64,000 nucleotides of DNA from Utricularia gibba (taxonomy: Eukaryota; Plantae; Magnoliophyta): NCBI GenBank assembly GCA_002189035.1, contig NEEC01000008.1:806001-870000 (forward strand), given 5' to 3'. Under the pieces are notes generated by a model. That model ran no database searches and was not told where the DNA came from. It saw only the letters and a program-made list of their open reading frames with translations. Position 1 is the stretch's first letter, and the number at the start of each line of letters is the position of its first letter. This document shows, piece after piece, positions 58,089-64,000 of this stretch. The position numbers were made by a program, and so were the translations under genes.

Positions 58089-60358
58089 ATGGTACTTTCT
58101 TTCTTTATTTATTTATTTTTTGAACACGAATAGCCGAAAATGGCGTGTTGTTTTCTTGGGTGTATGTGTGTGAGTTTCAGCCAAATCCTTTAAGTGGGTA
58201 CCTGGTAGTTATTCGGGTTGACGTTTTGCTATGGCTTGGAAGGATTTTTGTGTGTTCTTTGTACTGAAGATTCGGAATCTAATTCTTTCGCTGTTTCCAA
58301 GTGACAGGGATATCCCTGATTTTGTTACTATTTGCATTTTAGTGTCTGTGTGTGTAGTTGCTGAAGATCTATTCTGGCAGTCCTTGTCGAAATCTCTCTG
58401 CCTTACCCTGTTAAAATAGGTCCCGACTATTTAGCTCTTCTCGATTGCCCCTGGTGAATCTTTTCTAACTTGCTGCTTGTTGTACAAGAATTGATACTAT
58501 GTTTGCTTGCAGGAGCGAGTTTGCGGCACCTGTGGTGATGTAGGTTACACGGACGCACTCCATACGTGCGATCAGTGTAAAATAAGCACTGAGCATGAGT
58601 AAGCTCACTGAATTCTCCCATTCTTAGGTTGTTCTGCATTTCCTGGTTTTATGATGTACATTTGGTTTGGTGACCTTCATTGGCACAAATTGTTCCTAAT
58701 CATCCTGAAATGTTTTTCCTTTCATTGTCTTTGATGTCTTCCCCGCTATTGCTAGGTATTGCATGAGAGATTGGCCAGAAAGGGTTGCTGATAAATGGAT
58801 ATGTGAAGAATGTGAAGCACGCAATGAAGCAAAAGAGTTGACATCAAATCCAACTGAGGCTGCAGAAAAACTAAAACCAGACAACCCTGTGGCAAAAAAG
58901 AATGATAGTGGAGTGCCGGGGGGAAGCATACAGAAGGACACGAAATTGCAGAAAGCCAAGTTGTCTTGGGAGAATATGGTCGATCGTGGCAAGACAAAGT
59001 ATATACCTGTTAAAGAAGCTCTTAAAATGCCATCTGTGGCTACCAGTTCTTTCTCTAAAGAACTATACCCCAAGATGTCTTCCCGATTCGAGAAGACACA
59101 ATTCAAGCCCACAGCCATTCCCCCCACCCCCTCCGCTGGATGTTGCTAAGAAAGTTTCCGCACAAAGTGAGTATCATCTTCAATGTACATTTTGGATGTG
59201 TAGGAGAATGTAGTGTGATTTTTTTAGATAAGTTTTATGAGCTAAATAGGTTTGAAGTACATCTTCTTTAAGTTCCTATCACCAGTTTTGGATGATGCTA
59301 TGACTCTGCAAATTGTTGATTAATGTTTGTGGTTTCATTTCCAATTGTTGGCCATCTGAAAATTGATTTCTCAATGTTTTGACAGGGATGGAACCTTCAG
59401 CTAGCAGCAGTCATGCTCCAAGGCAAAGATTAGTCCTTACAGATAAAGATGCAAGATCTGAAGTTCCTCAAAAGAAGTTGACCTCAGATTCGTTGTCTCT
59501 TCGAGACGGAGCTAGCACACCACCCGGGTCTTCCCATTTCAATAACGAAGGAAGCAGTTTGATCGCTAATACTAATCCAGGCTGCGCTCCTGCGTTGAAT
59601 GTCTTGTGGAAGTAAGTTTTTGTCATGAACCTTGCTATTAACTGTTTCCTTTACCCTCACAGACTTCTGTGTTTTATCAGAGGAACCTTCTCTGTGGGGG
59701 TGGAGTATGGACAATGGGAACTGGATCACAAACTTCAAGCTCATCCTCCTTGTCAAGTTCTTCGAATCATCTACAATCTCCCCAGAAAGATGCCAGAAAT
59801 GCTACGCTTTCAAGCTGTTCCATCCAAGCAACGCTGGACTGAGCTTTTCAATGACTATACACCGGATGAAAGAGACATAGGACTCTATTTCTTCCCAACA
59901 GAATCAAGGTAAAACTGTGAATTGAAACACTTCCCCTCCAGTTTCACAGATCCAGCAACTTCCTTCCTTCTCCACCTTGCAGTTCAGATGGGTGGTATGT
60001 GTCCTTCGTGGAGTCCATCTCTTCAAACATGTACGCATTGAGGAAACAGGTTGACAACATCGAACTGCTGGTGTTCACATCCAATCTCCTAAACACCAAG
60101 TGTCAGCGTGAGTCCCACCACTGTTTTCTTCTTTTCTCGCAAAACATCCTAAAATATTCAGTACATCCATCCACGATGTGCTTGTCCTCAGGCTGGAAGG
60201 GAAAGTATTACCTCTGGGGAGTCTTCAATCCCCTGAAGCAAGACACCACCCTCCAGCGCCGACCCCAGAACCAGTGGCTGGTGCCCCACCTCACCCACAA
60301 GGCAAACCACTCACAAGATGAGAGGCTTCCATCCCAAACTCTGGGGTTTTGTAGCTAA
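58089..60358 (+). CDS. PHD-finger protein with C-terminal AIPP2-type SPOC-like domain; ATG-only first exon; apparent frameshift at 59120-59125
   Basis: M|ERVCGTCGDVG..LHTCDQCK..EH|YCM..WICEEC; C-terminal WKGTF..LQAHPP..W..LF..PDERDIGLYFFP..LLVFTS.LL..YYLWGVF. Confidence 0.8.
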
Positions 60359-61544
60359 AAAGAACTTGGTTGACGCGCGTGCTCTGTGCAGGAGATCAGC
60401 TTCAGTATAGCTGCTGATGACAGAAGAGAGTTCTTTTAGGTTGCCATGGGAAGGGAATGTAGTTTGCAGTCCGAGTGAGCAGAGCCCATATGGTTTTGAG
60501 AGTATTAAATAAATAAATAAAATACACGATAATTATAATCAAAATAATATAATTAATTTTTATTAATATGATTCATTTATACTACTTGGATATGTTTAAT
60601 CTTTAAAGTTTAAAATATCCAGTAAAATTAATCTTCATTTTTTCTTTTACTACAAGTGTTTTATGTTTGTATTATTTTAATATCAAGTGTAACTAATTTT
60701 TATTATTTAAAAATTAAACCTATTTGATTTCTGTTAATTTGAATATTTGACAAAATGAATCTTTTATTACCGTTGACCATCGGCGACCACCGGACTTGGG
60801 TAATCAACCATCGCCCGCCGCCCCACTTGGGCAGCGCCATGCTCGACGATGCCTTCAAATGGGTGTACACGCGCGGTGGGGGCGACGGTGGACGGGCGGC
60901 GACCGATGGTAGACGACGGGAAGAGGAAATGAATATTTTTAGAGCAACGAATGGAGAAATGAAGCAATAAGATTTTGGTGTGTTTAATCACTTGAATAAG
61001 CACCTGATAATCACTAGCGAGCGAGCGAACTCATCCCAGTGTCGGAGTACTGGATTCGTTAGTCAGCCCACGAGCTGCTGCTCCAGCTGCTTCCATCGTC
61101 GTCTTCCTCGTCTCCTGGACTCCCCTACACTGTCATCTCCATTCCAGACCCCACTTCCCGTAAATAACTCCTCACAATTTCAACGACAGCACTATCAAAA
61201 AGTCAAACTTTGGATTGGAGGTTCCGGCGTTTTCCTGGTTTTACACCCGCGCCTGTTGCTTTTTGAAATTGGGGTGTTTGATTTGTCGATAACGCGGTGT
61301 GATGGATGTTTCTGATAAAGGAAAAGGGGGGAAAAGGGAGCAAGGGGCCGCCGTGCTCCTTGATTTTGATTCAGCATTTCGATAACAAGGGAAGGGTGCG
61401 ACCCATTTCTTTTTTCTGTAGCTTCTTGTCCCGCGACTGCCAGATTCCTGGGGTTTCGTTTCTTGATTCTATCGATGATGAGTCCCGACGCCTAAAGCTT
61501 GGGTTTTTTGTTCTTCCCCTGTGTCTGAATTTCTGTTTTCCCTC

Positions 61545-63953
61545 ATGGGCTGCGTGTCGTCGAAGCAAGCGGTATCCGTGACCCCGGCGGCATTGGACTA
61601 TTCCGGTGGTTGCAATGTCGGGTCTGGGAGGAGCCGGGTGGAGAGCTGCGGCGGAGCCGCCGCTGGTCTAGTGGCGGAGCTGGACCTCAATTTGAGCAAG
61701 GTGAAGAAAAGGGGGTCGTGTGAGTCTGGAAGCGAGCCCAGTGACTCAGGCCGCCTCAGTTCCAACGGCGGCGGAAGTGGGTCTGTGAGCTTTAGACTTG
61801 GGAATATGCACAAGTTTCTTGAGAGGGAGCAGGTCGCCGCCGGCTGGCCGGCGTGGCTCTCCGCCGTCGCCGGTGAAGCCATTCAAGGTTGGGTTCCTCT
61901 CAGAGCCGATTCTTTTGAGAAACTTGAAAAGGTCAGTTTCCCATTTCCCGTTTTGCACATTCCGATTCATGAGTGGACACTTAAGAAAGCATACTTCATT
62001 CCACCAGATCGGACAGGGTACATACAGCACCGTATTTCGAGCTCTCGATTTAGAAACAGAGCAGATGGTTGCACTCAAGAAGGTTCGTTTCGACAACTTC
62101 GAACCAGAAAGCGTTCGTTTCATGGCTCGAGAGATAACCATTCTTCGTCGTCTTGATCACCCAAACATAATCAAACTGCTAGGACTCATTGCATCTCGTT
62201 CTTCATGCAACATCTATCTTGTGTTTGAGTACATGGAACATGATATATCTGGACTGCTATCTTCCCCAGACATCACCTTCACTGAACCTCAGGTACTTGC
62301 CTGTGCTTCTCTTGTTCAAGTAACAAACAATGAAATCCAAGTCTTATTTCCATTGCCTCCGCAGATTAAATGCTACATGAAGCAGCTGTTATCTGGGCTC
62401 GAGCACTGCCATTCCCACGGTGTGATGCACCGTGACATCAAGGGGGCAAACATTTTAGTAGATAACAATGGGGTTCTCAAAGTTGCAGACTTTGGGCTAG
62501 CCAACTACCTCTCAACTCGCCCTCACAGACACCCTCTTACAAGCCGTGTGGTTACTCTGTGGTATCGCCCTCCGGAGCTCTTGTTAGGGTCAACTGACTA
62601 CGGAGTTACGGTTGATCTTTGGAGCACTGGATGTCTGCTTGCTGAGCTCTTGATTGGGAAGCCTATTCTTCAAGGGAGGACTGAAGTTGAGCAACTGCAC
62701 AAGATATTTAAGCTTTGTGGATCCCCGCCTGAGGAGTACTGGAAGAAGACAAGACTTCCTCATGCAACTTTGTTTAAACCAAATCAACCTTACAAGAGTA
62801 CACTCTGGGAAACCTTTAAGGATCACGATGAAGCCGCTGTCAAATTGATACAAACTCTGCTGTCTGTGGAGCCACACAAGAGGGGAACTGCAGCTTCTGC
62901 CCTCTCATCGGAGGTACACCCCTAAAGAAAACTGCTTGCTGCATTGATATATGACCTTTTCTCATGGGTGGTTTTGCATCAGTATTTCAGGAGAGCGCCG
63001 TATGCCTGTGATCCGTCGTCTCTTCCAAGCTATCCGCCCAGCAAGGAAATCAATATAAAACGCTACGAAGAGACTTCCAGGTGATGAATGATCCATTTGG
63101 AATTTCGCCTTGTTTTCCTGTCAAGCTTAACTGGTTTGCCCCCTCCAGGAAAAAGCAAGGTGGAAGAATTCATGCACCTGATGCCAGAAAACCAACTAGA
63201 AAACAGAATGGGATAAGTAAACATGCGCCAGAAGAGGTAATTTGACTTCATACATTCGACATACTGACAGTATTATATGGATACGTGACGTTGAATTGTG
63301 GTTTGCAGACATCACGTCTTCAAAAGACCAAAGCTGATAATGGTCGAACAGTCAGAGACAGAGTGCCATCATTCCAAGGTGATGATGGCATTCTTTCTGG
63401 TCATTTACAGGCTTCAACAGCCGGAAACAACTTCGCCATGGCAACGAGAAGGGATCCTGGATTGTCCTCAAGCTCAAGAAATAGATCCAGTTCCAGAAGT
63501 CTTAACATTGTGTCATCATCATCAATACTACCTCCCCATTTCAACAACTACTTAGATCCGAATCTGACCCATAACGGCAATAGCGATCAAGCCTTCGAAA
63601 GAACCAAGTTGTCCATGGTTGAGCAATGGCGGCTGTTGGAGGACCCCGGCCTCAACACGGCGAGTCACCTTCACAGTAGCAATGATCTTCAGCCAACGGT
63701 GAAGCAGAGGTACAATCACCATGACGACGAAACTGTCGAATTTTCAGGACCCTTGATATCGCACCATCGGGGGATTGATGAACTCTTGGAGAAACACGAA
63801 CGCCACATTCGAAGGACCGTGAGGAGATCATGGTTCCATAAAGGTTAGTTAGACTTTTGCAGCCATTTCACATCTGCGATTTTTAGCCACATTGTTGCTG
63901 ACACTCACCACCCCCTCATCGCTCATTTTGAAGCAGCCAGGACCGGCAGGTGA
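61545..63953 (+). CDS. CDK-like Ser/Thr kinase (plant CDKC-related, At1g54610/IBS1-type) with MGC N-terminal acylation motif
   Basis: MGCVSSKQ, AGWPAWLSAVAGEAIQGWVPLRADSFEKLEKIGQGTYS, HRDIKGAN, DFGLA, LTSRVVTLWYRPPELLLG, C-terminal FSGPL..HERHIRRTVRRSWF; last exon inferred. Confidence 0.92.
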
Positions 63954-64000
63954 ACGTAACCTTTCAGCCTGAAACTCCGATGACAACCGCCATGAACACA

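Noticed and set aside
60770-60920. GC-rich imperfect fold-back upstream of the kinase gene
   Set aside because: Symmetry is weak by eye and no TSD/TIR could be defined.
62293-62364. 72-nt in-frame intron read through in the kinase ORF
   Set aside because: Retention would insert 24 residues in the kinase core; it has canonical GT-AG ends at an expected position, so it is an ordinary intron.

Overview
Gene-dense flowering-plant nuclear DNA (eudicot-like; species not determinable from sequence) with short introns. A gene cluster at 0-6 kb holds a phytocyanin, a GT61 glycosyltransferase, MED22 and a DUF1666 gene. An AT-rich transposon graveyard at about 6.5-33.5 kb contains two PIF/Harbinger remnants, MULE/MuDR remnants and a Copia element splitting an agmatine iminohydrolase pseudogene, with NDUFB10 the only clearly intact gene. 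A second gene cluster at 33.6-64 kb holds PNM1-like PPR, RPL36a/eL42, GDPD, a decayed MULE, NFS2/SufS, a POLAR-like gene, a CLE peptide gene, SNAP33, VIP4/LEO1, a PHD-finger gene and a CDK-like kinase. Main discovery: the GT61 gene at 1.3-2.85 kb appears to be chimeric. It sits directly behind a duplicated copy of the PNM1/RPL36a bidirectional promoter, the RPL36a ATG-only first exon and the 5' part of its first intron, which can splice in frame onto the GT61 coding exons. A second, decayed copy of the same promoter+GT61-exon fusion lies at 29.2-29.9 kb. Four single-base frameshifts in homopolymer runs (PNM1 twice, SNAP33, PHD gene) suggest consensus errors rather than true gene loss. All alignments and splice models were made by eye; no database searches were run.
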